A stretch of 41,950 nucleotides of DNA from an uncultured Ignavibacteria bacterium (GCA_964614835.1 CAZTNJ010000004.1:1-41950); one strand, 5' to 3'. Shown: positions 1-9,437, numbered from the stretch's first letter. Translations and numbers: made by a program. Notes: generated by a model from the letters alone, not told the origin.

Positions 1-393
1 CGAATAGTTGATACATCCGATTATTTGAAGAGCCTGGTGAAAATCATAGGCGCGGTGTCGCATCATGGAAACACGATAATAGTTGGACGCGGGGCGAATT
101 TTATATTGGGACAAAAACGGGGATTTCATGTCCGAGTAGTTGCCGAAAGCGAATTTCGGATAAATTCATTGATGACGCGGCAGGGGATTTTCAGGTCAGA
201 AGCCCAGGAAGAAATCGCGCGTAACGATGAGCAACGGCGTAAGTTTATTAAAAGCGATTTTGGTAAAGACATAGACAATCCGCAGGAATACGACCTGATG
301 ATTAACAGCACATTTTTGAGTCCGGAGCAGGTCGCGAAACTAATATTCCATGCCTATCCCCTGAAGCAGTTAGAGGAAAAGTCTACCGCCTGA
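1..393 (+). CDS. cytidylate kinase-like family protein, C-terminal part (5' end lies outside the window)
   Basis: The frame is open from base 1. The sequence 'NTIIVGRGANFIL...FHVRVVAE...YDLMINSTFLSPEQVAKLI' matches the typical C-terminal pattern of the Cytidylate_kin2-type family as I remember it. Confidence 0.65.
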   Translation, partial: RIVDTSDYLKSLVKIIGAVSHHGNTIIVGRGANFILGQKRGFHVRVVAESEFRINSLMTRQGIFRSEAQEEIARNDEQRRKFIKSDFGKDIDNPQEYDLMINSTFLSPEQVAKLIFHAYPLKQLEEKSTA

Positions 394-580
394 CGGAACT
401 TCAAATGGATTTGACCTACAGATGTAAATTCTAAAGGCGGAATTGGCTTATGTCGTATTTAATTTACGTGAAGTATGATCGACTTTCTAAAATTCGGGCA
501 CAAATGTCATGCCCCAATGGCTCAAAGGCGAATGCGATTCGCGCCAATTCGGGATAAACATCCTATTCGAGAATATTATT

Positions 581-1408
581 TTACTTTTCGAGTGTTCTTG
601 ATAGCCATTTAGTCAAAAGCGATATAATATAGGCGGCACAGCTGATAATGATAATGGTTGCGCCGGAGGTAATGTTGTAGATTTCGGAAAGTATTAGGCC
701 GGAGGTCGTAAATACAATACCGAGGATTACGGAATATATCATCATTTTTCTAAGGTTGTGGCTGAACTGGATGGTAATCGCCGCCGGGATAGTTAAAAGG
801 GCAATCACAAGGATGATGCCGACGACACGAATTAAAATCACGACTGTCAGGGCAATCATACATAATATAAGGATGTTGAGGAAGGCTACCGGTAGACCGG
901 AAACCTGGGCGTATTCTTCATCGAAAGTGAGGGCCTGTAATTCTTTAAATAGAAGGCCGACGGTTATGATTATAATGATATCAAGAACAACCATCAAGTA
1001 AAGGTCATAAGTTGGTACGGTGAGGATATTGCCAAACAGGTAGCTCATCAAGTTAGGCGCATAGCCGGGGGTTTTTTCGATGAGAACAATCCCGATAGCC
1101 ATCCCCATAGCCCACATGATACCGATGAGGGTATCTTCGAGTTGACGGGCTTTCTGGCGAATCAGGGCGATACCTCCGGCCCCGGCCAACGAAAATATCA
1201 CCGCCCCGATAATGGGATTGAACCCTAAAAAGTAGCCAAGTCCAATTCCGCCGTAAGCGGTATGAGATATTCCGCCGGCAATAAAGACAATCCGTTTGAC
1301 AACTACATAAGCGCCGATAATACCGCAGGCCACGCTGGCCAGAATACCGGCAATAAGGGCGTGGCGGAGAAAATCGTATTGCCAAAGGTCTCGGGCAATA
1401 TCAAGCAT
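581..1408 (-). CDS. metal ABC transporter permease (ABC-3 family, ZnuB/MntB/TroCD type)
   Basis: Multi-helix hydrophobic protein with the glycine-rich 'GGISHTAYGGIGLGYF' segment typical of ABC-3 permeases. I moved the start to ATG 1408 (MLDIARD...), which overlaps the upstream ATPase stop in ATGCTTGA. Confidence 0.85.
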   Translation of the reverse strand: MLDIARDLWQYDFLRHALIAGILASVACGIIGAYVVVKRIVFIAGGISHTAYGGIGLGYFLGFNPIIGAVIFSLAGAGGIALIRQKARQLEDTLIGIMWAMGMAIGIVLIEKTPGYAPNLMSYLFGNILTVPTYDLYLMVVLDIIIIITVGLLFKELQALTFDEEYAQVSGLPVAFLNILILCMIALTVVILIRVVGIILVIALLTIPAAITIQFSHNLRKMMIYSVILGIVFTTSGLILSEIYNITSGATIIIISCAAYIISLLTKWLSRTLEK

Positions 1409-2180
1409 GAATATCCCCTTCGTGGTCATGATCGGGTAAAACCCGATGCGGTGTGCCATGGGCGATTAAATCCACCGGGCAGCCGTATACGGATTCCATT
1501 ACAGAAGGAAGGATTTCCTTGGAACCATGATGGAATAGTTTGCGATTAAGGCAGGCCAGGTTTTTTACCTGGCGAGAGACAACACCTATATCATGAGAGA
1601 CAAGGATAATTGTCATATCTTTTGAAAGGTTAGCCAGCAATTCATAGAGGTTTTGTTCGGCCTGATAATCGACACTGGCAGTAGGCTCATCAAGAAGCAG
1701 AATTTTCGGTTGACCCGCGAGCGCTCGAGCCACCATCACCCGCTGGATTTGCCCGCCCGATAATTTACCGAGCTGACGCTTGCGTAAATCGGCAATCCCG
1801 ACAAAACCAAGCGATTCAATCGCTCTGGTTTTATCTTCCTTGGAATATCGCCGGAACATCGCGCTTTTATTGAGCCGACCCATTAAAACAACATCCATGA
1901 CATCGATAGGATAAAATCTTTCGAATTGGGCGACCTGCGGCACGTAACCGATTATCGGGCGAGCTTTCTGGGGTGAATCGCCGTGGATTGTCACTTTGCC
2001 GGATGTCGGTTGAATAAGACCGAGGATAGTTTTCAAGATTGTGGTTTTGCCGCCGCCATTGGGGCCGATTATACCTACATAGTCTCCTTGCTCAATCGTG
2101 AAATTGATGTTATCGAGCGCGACTATCGAATCGTATTTCACGGTAACACGATCGAATACGATTGCTTTGGTATCGGGCAT
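1401..2180 (-). CDS. metal ABC transporter ATP-binding protein (ZnuC-like)
   Basis: Walker A GPNGGGKTT, ABC signature LSGGQIQR and Walker B ILLLDEPT. Start set to ATG 2180 (MPDTKAIVF...), 10 nt downstream of the binding-protein stop. Confidence 0.9.
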   Translation of the reverse strand: MPDTKAIVFDRVTVKYDSIVALDNINFTIEQGDYVGIIGPNGGGKTTILKTILGLIQPTSGKVTIHGDSPQKARPIIGYVPQVAQFERFYPIDVMDVVLMGRLNKSAMFRRYSKEDKTRAIESLGFVGIADLRKRQLGKLSGGQIQRVMVARALAGQPKILLLDEPTASVDYQAEQNLYELLANLSKDMTIILVSHDIGVVSRQVKNLACLNRKLFHHGSKEILPSVMESVYGCPVDLIAHGTPHRVLPDHDHEGDIHA

Positions 2181-2190
2181 TTTGTTGGCC

Positions 2191-3081
2191 TTATTTAAAA
2201 GAGGTGGCGATTTTTCGAGCGATCTGACCCATATTATCAAGAAACTGCCCGTTTAAAGGATCGATATATTCAACTTTTCCGCCGATTTCGCGGGCTACGA
2301 CTTTGGCGCTTTCAGAATTAAACTGCGGCGAGGCGAATACGGTTCGGATAGTCTGGGCTTTGGCCAGGTTGACCAGATTTTTGATATCGGCGGCGGATGG
2401 TTCTTTGCCTTCGGCCTCAATAGACAACTCATTCAAATTATAATCGCGAGCAAAATATCCCCAGGCGGGATGAAGCACGATGAAAGTACGTTTGGGAGAG
2501 TCTTTAAGCATCGTCAAAATCGTTGCATCAAGTGAATCGAGCTTAGTTTTATATGAAGCGGCGTTTTTTAGGTATTCGGATTTATGCATTGAATCGATCG
2601 CGATTAGTCCTTCGGCGATGTTATCAATCATGATTCGGGCGTTGCGAACCGAATTCCAGATATGCGGGTCGCGCAGGCCATTGTTGTGACCACCATGGTT
2701 CTCTTTGGCTTTTTCGGTATCACGCATATTCAAAAGCTCGATTCCTTTCGAGCAATCGACTATTAACAAATGCGAATTAATTGAGGTCATTTTGCCCATC
2801 AGATTAATTTCGAAATCCAGGTCGGTGCCTATTTTAAAATAGGCTTTGGCGCGGCTAAGTTGCTTCATCTGGCCGGGGGTGGGTTCATAGATTTCGGGGC
2901 TGGAATTAGGCGGGACCATTTCGATGATATCGACATAATCGCCACCGACATTTCGCACGAATTCGACCTGTGGTAGAATTGAAACTGCTACGCTTATTTT
3001 ATCCTGGGAATACGAAGGCGCCACCAGAACAAACATCAGCGCTATGATAAATAAACAAGTTAGCTTGTTGGATTCTCGCAT
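2191..3081 (-). CDS. metal ABC transporter substrate-binding protein (ZnuA/cluster A-I type)
   Basis: N-terminal signal peptide (LFIIALMFVLVAPSYSQ), a conserved DPHIW motif and a short His-containing loop ENHGGHNNG. The start lies 3 nt after the upstream stop. Confidence 0.85.
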   Translation of the reverse strand: MRESNKLTCLFIIALMFVLVAPSYSQDKISVAVSILPQVEFVRNVGGDYVDIIEMVPPNSSPEIYEPTPGQMKQLSRAKAYFKIGTDLDFEINLMGKMTSINSHLLIVDCSKGIELLNMRDTEKAKENHGGHNNGLRDPHIWNSVRNARIMIDNIAEGLIAIDSMHKSEYLKNAASYKTKLDSLDATILTMLKDSPKRTFIVLHPAWGYFARDYNLNELSIEAEGKEPSAADIKNLVNLAKAQTIRTVFASPQFNSESAKVVAREIGGKVEYIDPLNGQFLDNMGQIARKIATSFK

Positions 3082-3084
3082 CTA

Positions 3085-4410
3085 TCAGGCTCCCACAGTC
3101 ATTTTTTTAACGTATAGCGATGGCGAACTCAGATTATCATAGTAAGCGATATCATCGCAAACGGCCAGCAATCCGCTCAAGATATCGTCGGCACTGCCGC
3201 CAACAGTAACATCAGCAACCGGCCGTATTTTCTTGCCATTTTCCACCAGGATACCGTTGATACCGGCGGAATATTGGCCGTTTACCGCTTGAAGACCCCA
3301 GCCGCTGGCCATTTCGACAATGATTCCTTTGCGACAGTTGGCTATGACATCATCAATTTTGCTTGTCCCGGGAGCGATATAGAAGTTGCTAACGGCGATT
3401 CCGGGGAGCGCCGCGTAATAATCGCGATGGGCCGAGCCGGTTGACGCGGTGCCGGCTTTGGCGGCAGTACGGCTATCATACAAAAATCCTTTTAAAACCC
3501 CGTTTTCGATAAGGGCTTGTTTGGATGGAACAACTCCTTCATCGTCGGCGGGGCAGCTTCCCGTACCCCAGGGCATAAGGGGATCATCGTATACGGTTAA
3601 CAAATCGGCGGCTACTTTCTTGCCGGTTTTGCCTTCAAGAAATGAAGAGCCGGTAAAAGCGTTATCCCCATTGAGGGCTTCGGCTAACCCTCGTAGGATA
3701 GAATAGGCGGCTCGGGGAGCGAAAATGATTTCATAGTCGCCGGAACCAACAGGGCGTCCGCCGATAAGGCGTAGGGCTCTTCCGGCGATTATATCGACTA
3801 TTTTATCTGGCGCGGGAAGGTTATCGAAACGACGCACCCAGAGTTGCCCTTCGCCGGGGAACATCTGGCCCCCTTTGACCGCAACCAGCGACAAACCGAT
3901 ACCATAGGATGTTAAATCGAAAGTAACATTGACGCCTTTGGTGTTGGCGATTGTTTTGGTGGTGACGAATTCATAATAGGTGATACCGTTAGATTTGGCG
4001 ATAACCGGGTCGTAATCAAACGCCAGTTTTTCCAAAGATAAGATATAGTCGATTTTGGAATCAATCGTATTTTGGGCATATTCGGGAGCATTTATCTGCA
4101 AATCAGATGGCACCTTTTGTTGTGATGGCAAGACCGCGTATTTATCTTCGCTGACTTTGGAACCGAGGTTACGTAACCCTGCGATTAATTTATCAATCGC
4201 CATATCGGAAAAATCGGTCGTGTGGGCGAAAGCCATTTTTCCGGATGAGAAATAGCGAATAGCCAAGCCGGACGGAGCGGCTTTATTTATGGAATCGACT
4301 TTGCTATCGCGCACAGTCACTTTCATGGTGGTTTCCGATTGCAGATAAACTTCGGCCATATCGGCGCCAGCTCGCAGGCATTTTTCCAATGTTTTATCTA
4401 TAAGTTCCAT
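3085..4410 (-). CDS. PmbA/TldE-family protein (non-catalytic partner of TldD)
   Basis: Full-length resemblance to the TldD/PmbA family. It has no HExxxH motif and no signal peptide. AGGAGG lies 4 nt upstream of the ATG, which sits 8 nt after the tldD-like stop. Confidence 0.8.
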   Translation of the reverse strand: MELIDKTLEKCLRAGADMAEVYLQSETTMKVTVRDSKVDSINKAAPSGLAIRYFSSGKMAFAHTTDFSDMAIDKLIAGLRNLGSKVSEDKYAVLPSQQKVPSDLQINAPEYAQNTIDSKIDYILSLEKLAFDYDPVIAKSNGITYYEFVTTKTIANTKGVNVTFDLTSYGIGLSLVAVKGGQMFPGEGQLWVRRFDNLPAPDKIVDIIAGRALRLIGGRPVGSGDYEIIFAPRAAYSILRGLAEALNGDNAFTGSSFLEGKTGKKVAADLLTVYDDPLMPWGTGSCPADDEGVVPSKQALIENGVLKGFLYDSRTAAKAGTASTGSAHRDYYAALPGIAVSNFYIAPGTSKIDDVIANCRKGIIVEMASGWGLQAVNGQYSAGINGILVENGKKIRPVADVTVGGSADDILSGLLAVCDDIAYYDNLSSPSLYVKKMTVGA

Positions 4411-4418
4411 AAAGCCTC

Positions 4419-5939
4419 CTATTCCGATCCGCCAACAGTTATGCCGCGATTAACCCGAACTGTGGGCACACCGGCGGTTACCGCCGCCCATTGGTCATCT
4501 TTGCCACACCAACCTACACCGACATCGAGGTCATCCGCAACAGCATCGATATTGGTAAGCACATCGATACCTCGGCCAATTAAAGTTGCTCCGGCTACCG
4601 GTGATGTGACTTTGCCGTTTTCAATAAGGTACGCTTCGCGCACCACGAAATTAAACTGGCCGGAGATAGTATCAACTTCACCGCCGGAAAGTCCCTTAAC
4701 ATAAAGCCCTTTGCGGGTGGAAGCAATAATATCATCGTGCTTGGATGTTCCATTATCGAGAAATGTGTTGGTCATCCGAGGAATCGGATAATAGTCGAAC
4801 GATTGACGGCGACCGTTGCCGGTGGGTTCCATTTTAAGCATCCGCGCCGAAATCAAATCGAGCATGAAGCCCTGCAAGATACCGTTTTCAATAAGCACAT
4901 TCCGTTTTCCGGGAGTGCCTTCGTCATCAAACTCGGTTGTTCCGCGGGCGTTTTTCCAGGTGGAATCATCGACCATAGTTACAAGGCTGGAAGCCACTTT
5001 CTTGCCTATTTTATCCGAATAAATGGAAGTGCCGCGATAGATAACATCCCCTTCCAGGCCGTGCCCTACAGCTTCATGGATTAGGACGCCGCCCCAACCG
5101 CAATTAACAACTACCGGCATCATGCCGGATGGGGATGGCTTGGCGTCGAGCATAATAACCGCTTCCTGGGCCGCTTCCAGGGCGGCATTATTGAGAACAT
5201 TATTGTCGAAAAATTCAAAACCTTGGCGGGCCGAAATTCGGGAGCGACCTTTATGGCGGATGCCTTCGCGTTCGGCAAGAACCTCGATAACCACCCAGAT
5301 AAGGGGCAACTCGTTTTCGATTCTAAGGCCGCTGGAATTGGCGATTGTCCTTTTTTTGGTTTCATCGTAATAGGTTATATCGACCTGACGAATATACGGG
5401 CTGAAACTTCGAGCGGCGGCCTCGGCCTCGGCGACAAGCTCCATCTTGCGTTTTTCGGGGATGCTGTCAATTGGGACTTTTACCGGACAATAAGCGGGGG
5501 ATTTGGAATTGACAGGCTCACCGAACTTAGGAGTATTGCCGCCGGAAGCTATATACGCGGCGGCCGCGGCGGCTTCGAGAGTTTTGGGGATATCTTTACC
5601 ATTTATATAGGCATAACCGTTGCGATCGCCATCGACGGTACGGACACCGATACCGGAGGAGATACCGACGGTAGCATCGGTAAAGGCATGTTCGCTCATG
5701 GTAAAAGCCAGCGAACTGACTTCTTCGGCGTAGATTTCGGCGAAGTTGCCGCCTCGGGCAAGAGCCTTATCGAGGATTGTCTTAATCTGGCGCTCATCCA
5801 TGACGGCCTGGACCGTGGGTGAACAACCCGAATCGGCCAATAGGCTAAGAATAGTCGGGGTTAAAAGGGCGGTCGCCGAAACGGACGCTGTTTTTTTAAG
5901 GAAGTCTCGGCGGCCTAATTTGCTGTCAAATATTTCCAT
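4419..5939 (-). CDS. TldD-family zinc metalloprotease with N-terminal twin-arginine (Tat) signal
   Basis: HExxxH motif in 'VLIHEAVGHGLEGD'. The N-terminus 'MEIFDSKLGRRDFLKKTASVSATALL' fits the S/T-R-R-x-F-L-K Tat consensus plus an h-region. Start set at ATG 5939 (AGAGG 6 nt upstream) rather than the ORF-track GTG at 5945. Confidence 0.85.
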   Translation of the reverse strand: MEIFDSKLGRRDFLKKTASVSATALLTPTILSLLADSGCSPTVQAVMDERQIKTILDKALARGGNFAEIYAEEVSSLAFTMSEHAFTDATVGISSGIGVRTVDGDRNGYAYINGKDIPKTLEAAAAAAYIASGGNTPKFGEPVNSKSPAYCPVKVPIDSIPEKRKMELVAEAEAAARSFSPYIRQVDITYYDETKKRTIANSSGLRIENELPLIWVVIEVLAEREGIRHKGRSRISARQGFEFFDNNVLNNAALEAAQEAVIMLDAKPSPSGMMPVVVNCGWGGVLIHEAVGHGLEGDVIYRGTSIYSDKIGKKVASSLVTMVDDSTWKNARGTTEFDDEGTPGKRNVLIENGILQGFMLDLISARMLKMEPTGNGRRQSFDYYPIPRMTNTFLDNGTSKHDDIIASTRKGLYVKGLSGGEVDTISGQFNFVVREAYLIENGKVTSPVAGATLIGRGIDVLTNIDAVADDLDVGVGWCGKDDQWAAVTAGVPTVRVNRGITVGGSE

Positions 5940-6120
5940 AAGCACCTCTTAGTTTTCCTTAGCATGGCGGAGGTAATCGGTTGGTCGGTGAGGTTATCAA
6001 CGAGTTGGAATAGGATGCCGCCGTTTTTTGTTGACATATTCATTAGATACCATGATATTTTATAAATAAGAGAATTCATTATCAAGCGGTTATTTTGCCA
6101 TGGAGGCTTTAATCGACTGA

Positions 6121-8400
6121 ATGTTTCCAAAACTCAAAAAGAATTTAGAAATATCCGAACAGGATTTGGCCGGAATCAGGGCCTATATTGTTAAAGACCC
6201 GTCAACCGGCAAATTTTTTAAGTTTCGCGATAAGGAATATTATATCGCGACGCTTTTCGATGGAGTAACCAGTTTCGAAGAGATAACCGCGAAATTTAAA
6301 GAGAAGTTCAATATTGAGCTTCCGGCGGAACAGGTCGAACAGTTTGCCAATCAGATGAAGGCAATGGGATTGCTGATTGGCTCCGGTGAATCGGAAATGC
6401 CCGTTCCGCTTAAACCGAAACGATCTATTTGGGGGAGGCTGTTATTTATCAAGGTTAAGGCGTTTGATCCGCACAGGTTAATAGAAAGTTCATATAAATA
6501 CGTTCGACCGTTCTATACCAGAACGGCGATTTATGTATACGCGGCGATGGCTATAATCGCGGCGATGCTTACTTTGACGAATATCGAAAGTTTGAAAACG
6601 CAGGCTGAAACGTTTTTCGTGGCGGAAATCATTCCCTTAATCTGGATAACGATTTTTATAGTGACGCTGATTCACGAGTTATCGCATACTTATGCTTGCC
6701 GGATAAACGGCGGCAAAGTTACGGATATGGGGTTTTTGTTGCTTTACTTTCAACCCTGTTTTTACAGCAATGTCTCGGATGCTTACATGTTTCCGGATAA
6801 ACGCAAGCGGATAGAGGTAACGATAGCGGGTATTATCAGCCAGATAGCGGTTTGGGCCCTGGCGACATTTGTCTGGCGGGTGACATCGCAGGACAATTGG
6901 ATAAACAGCATGGCGTTTATTATAATCGCCCTGTCGTTAATAGCGATAACTTTTAATTTCAATCCGCTTTTGAAACTTGATGGATACTATTTTTTAGTAG
7001 ATTATTGGGATATTCCGAATTTGCGGCAGAAGGCATTTTTATATATCCGGCAGAAAATCTTAGGGTTGACCGAAGCAGAGACGCCATTGGATGCAAATCC
7101 ACGCGAGAAAAAAATATATCGTTGTTACGGCACGGCGTCGCTTTTATATTCGGGATTGCTGTTGGGATACATCGTTTATAGGGTCGGGAAATTCATAAAT
7201 GATAAAATTGGCGGATTTGGTGTGGCGTTATTGGCGCTTATTATACTATATTTAAGCTATGATGCTTTGCAGAAAGGCAAGATATTCAAGGTTATTTATG
7301 ATCAAAGGGGCGAGATTATGAAACCCCGCCGGTTGATGATATACGGAGTGGTCGCGATTTTAATCCTGGTTGCCCTATTGGTGGTCCATTACCCAATGAG
7401 GGTCACTAATGAATGTATTTCTATCCCTTTAGAACGGATTTGCCTCGAAACCGAGGTCACTACCGGGTTGATTGAGTTGTATGTGGAACGGGGTAACGAA
7501 GAAAAATCGCTGAAAAAGTTCAAGCTGGCAAATCAGGAATACGCAATCATGTCAATTCTTCCGGCGTTGAAAGTCGGCGATAAGGTAAAGAAGGGCGATT
7601 TAATCGCCCATATCAACTCGAACGTAGTCGAAACGGATAGACTTGACCGATTGGCGAACGTACAACGGCAAAAAGAGCAATTGGCGATGCTCGAAAGGGG
7701 GCCGCGTAAGGAGGAAATCAAACAAACTCAAGATTTGATTAACCAGGAACGGGTTAAGTTGGAGAAGGCTACAATCGATTTGAATCGCGCGGAAAGTCTT
7801 CATACGATGGGCGGGATATCATCGGATGAATTGGAAAACAAAAGATCGTACGCGCAGGTTTTACAATCAGGGTTAGATTATTATACCAATCAGCTTAAGC
7901 TGCTCGAAAATGGATTTAGACCTGAATCGATCGATATGGCCAAAGCCCAATTGGAACAACTTGACGCGAAAGTAAAACATTCGGAAAGCCAGATAGGTGA
8001 AACCAGAATCGAATCGCCATTCGATGGCACGGTGACTATGGTTAATCAAAATAACATAATCATATCGGTAGCCCGCACAGACACGATACGGGCGCGAATT
8101 TATGTGCCTGAAAAAGAGATATCGGTGGTGAAAACCGGCAATCCGGTAAAGCTGAAAGTAAGGTCTTTTCCCTATCTGACATTCAGCGGAGTCGTAACCA
8201 AGATCGATCCTCTGGTTGTGGATGAAACGGATAAACATCGGGTAATAATGGTAACCGCCAATATCGCGAATCAAGATGAAATGCTTCTTCCCGGAATGAC
8301 CGGGAAGGCGAAAATTTATTGCGGAAGCTGGCCGATTTATAGGCTGATTATGTGGCGTCTGGTAAGGTATATCAGAGTTGAGTTCTGGTCGTGGTGGTAG
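6121..8400 (+). CDS. triple-domain fusion: PqqD-like (RRE) domain + M50/site-2-protease-like intramembrane metalloprotease + HlyD-family periplasmic adaptor
   Basis: Residues about 20-90, 'YYIATLFDGVTSFEEITAKFKEKFNIELPAEQVEQFANQMKAMGLL', are PqqD-like. The M50 motifs are HELSH within a TM helix and 'FNFNPLLKLDGYY' (NxxPxxxLDG). After two more TM helices there is a long coiled-coil ('QRQKEQLAMLERGPRKEEIKQTQDLINQERVKLEKA...') and a beta-barrel region ('IESPFDGTVTMV') typical of HlyD/MFP adaptors. Confidence 0.8.
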   Translation: MFPKLKKNLEISEQDLAGIRAYIVKDPSTGKFFKFRDKEYYIATLFDGVTSFEEITAKFKEKFNIELPAEQVEQFANQMKAMGLLIGSGESEMPVPLKPKRSIWGRLLFIKVKAFDPHRLIESSYKYVRPFYTRTAIYVYAAMAIIAAMLTLTNIESLKTQAETFFVAEIIPLIWITIFIVTLIHELSHTYACRINGGKVTDMGFLLLYFQPCFYSNVSDAYMFPDKRKRIEVTIAGIISQIAVWALATFVWRVTSQDNWINSMAFIIIALSLIAITFNFNPLLKLDGYYFLVDYWDIPNLRQKAFLYIRQKILGLTEAETPLDANPREKKIYRCYGTASLLYSGLLLGYIVYRVGKFINDKIGGFGVALLALIILYLSYDALQKGKIFKVIYDQRGEIMKPRRLMIYGVVAILILVALLVVHYPMRVTNECISIPLERICLETEVTTGLIELYVERGNEEKSLKKFKLANQEYAIMSILPALKVGDKVKKGDLIAHINSNVVETDRLDRLANVQRQKEQLAMLERGPRKEEIKQTQDLINQERVKLEKATIDLNRAESLHTMGGISSDELENKRSYAQVLQSGLDYYTNQLKLLENGFRPESIDMAKAQLEQLDAKVKHSESQIGETRIESPFDGTVTMVNQNNIIISVARTDTIRARIYVPEKEISVVKTGNPVKLKVRSFPYLTFSGVVTKIDPLVVDETDKHRVIMVTANIANQDEMLLPGMTGKAKIYCGSWPIYRLIMWRLVRYIRVEFWSWW

Positions 8401-8451
8401 GCTGATAAGTTTAAATATTAACAAACTTCAAAGAATCGTTCATAGAAAGAT

Positions 8452-9339
8452 ATGAAAATAATTTATAAACTTTGTCGCAAACAGGACTTGATTCCGGCTT
8501 TCAGGATGATAAAAGTTTCCCTTAATAACCTTCGTAAAACAACCGGCAAAGAAATCCTTCGCTACCGTTTAAGGAAGCTTTATGAAGTGGAACATATGTA
8601 CGCCACCGATAAAAAGACATTCTGGTGCGCCTGGGCAGGTAAGAACATAATCGGATTCGCGGCGGCGTTGCGGCGAGGAAAACAATGGTATCTGGGATTT
8701 TTGTTCACTCATCCCAAATATCAAGATAAAGGCGTAGGGCGGCAGTTATTAGAAAAGGTTTGGCGAGAAGCCCCCGGGATGACACATTCGCTGGCGACAT
8801 TCGCTTATAATATGCAGGCGGTCGGGATATACGGCAAGTTCGGGATGGCACCCCTGTGCACTCTTCCGATGATGGAATGCAAACTGGACAGGTTAGTATT
8901 GATGGAACCGACCGGTTTGAAAGCACGCGAAAAGCTCACCAATGCCGATTTTGCTTGGATAAATGAACTGGAAACGAGAATAAGGGGCTATAATCGTCCT
9001 CGGGAATGGAAATTCTGGCGGAATTTTGACGCCACCAAGATATTTGTTTTTGAACATAAAGGTAAAAGAGTCGGTTATAGTATGGTTTATAAAAGTGGCG
9101 GAATCGCGCCGGCGGGGGCAATTTCGAACGAATATTTGACTAAAGCGATAGCGGAAACTTTGAGAAAAGTAAAACCCGAAAAGAAATCGTTGAGAATTTG
9201 CTGCCCGACTCACAACATCAATCTATATCGATTCTTGCTGGCATCCGGATTCAGACTGACAGAGATGGACCTGTTTTTATCTGACCGGCCCTATCCCGAT
9301 TTCCAGCGGTACGTGCCCGCTCAATTGGCCATATTCTAA
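8452..9339 (+). CDS. GNAT-family N-acetyltransferase (two-domain)
   Basis: GNAT motif A-like 'LFTHPKYQDKGVGRQLLEKV' in the N-terminal half. The C-terminal half has no assignment. Confidence 0.6.
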   Translation: MKIIYKLCRKQDLIPAFRMIKVSLNNLRKTTGKEILRYRLRKLYEVEHMYATDKKTFWCAWAGKNIIGFAAALRRGKQWYLGFLFTHPKYQDKGVGRQLLEKVWREAPGMTHSLATFAYNMQAVGIYGKFGMAPLCTLPMMECKLDRLVLMEPTGLKAREKLTNADFAWINELETRIRGYNRPREWKFWRNFDATKIFVFEHKGKRVGYSMVYKSGGIAPAGAISNEYLTKAIAETLRKVKPEKKSLRICCPTHNINLYRFLLASGFRLTEMDLFLSDRPYPDFQRYVPAQLAIF

Positions 9340-9353
9340 TCGCCCAAATATAA

Positions 9354-9381
9354 TTGACACTTTTCAGGGTCAAAATATGTT
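9354..9381 (+). promoter_or_regulatory. candidate sigma70-type promoter TTGACA-N16-TATGTT for the nuclease gene
   Basis: Hexamers read directly from the sequence, 57 nt upstream of ATG 9438. Confidence 0.4.
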
Positions 9382-9437
9382 AAAATAGGCAGAAAAATAA
9401 ATCGAATGGAAACAATCGGCTTGTATAAAGATCGTTT

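Noticed and set aside
5223-5822. 199-aa plus-strand ORF.
   Set aside because: It lies entirely antisense to the well-supported TldD gene. Its Gly/Asp/Ile-rich translation is typical of a shadow ORF, and there is no RBS.
5964-6071. 35-aa plus-strand ORF (MAEVIGWSVRLSTSWNRMPPFFVDIFIRYHDIL) just upstream of the RRE-S2P-HlyD gene, considered as a possible precursor peptide.
   Set aside because: It has no RBS and overlaps a plausible promoter for the downstream gene (TTGACA at 6031, about 17 nt before GATATT). It has no leader/core features that I can recognise. It is only worth revisiting if it proves conserved in relatives.
6066-6082. AT-rich imperfect palindrome ATAAGAGAATTCATTAT, considered as a Zur/Fur-type box for the tldD-pmbA-znuABC operon.
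   Set aside because: It matches the Fur-box consensus at only about 12 of 19 positions by eye, and the half-sites are offset. In an AT-rich spacer this could easily arise by chance.
7873-8424. 183-aa minus-strand ORF.
   Set aside because: It is antisense to the HlyD-like part of the fusion gene. Its composition is low in complexity (Arg/Phe/Tyr/His-rich) and it has no recognisable motifs.
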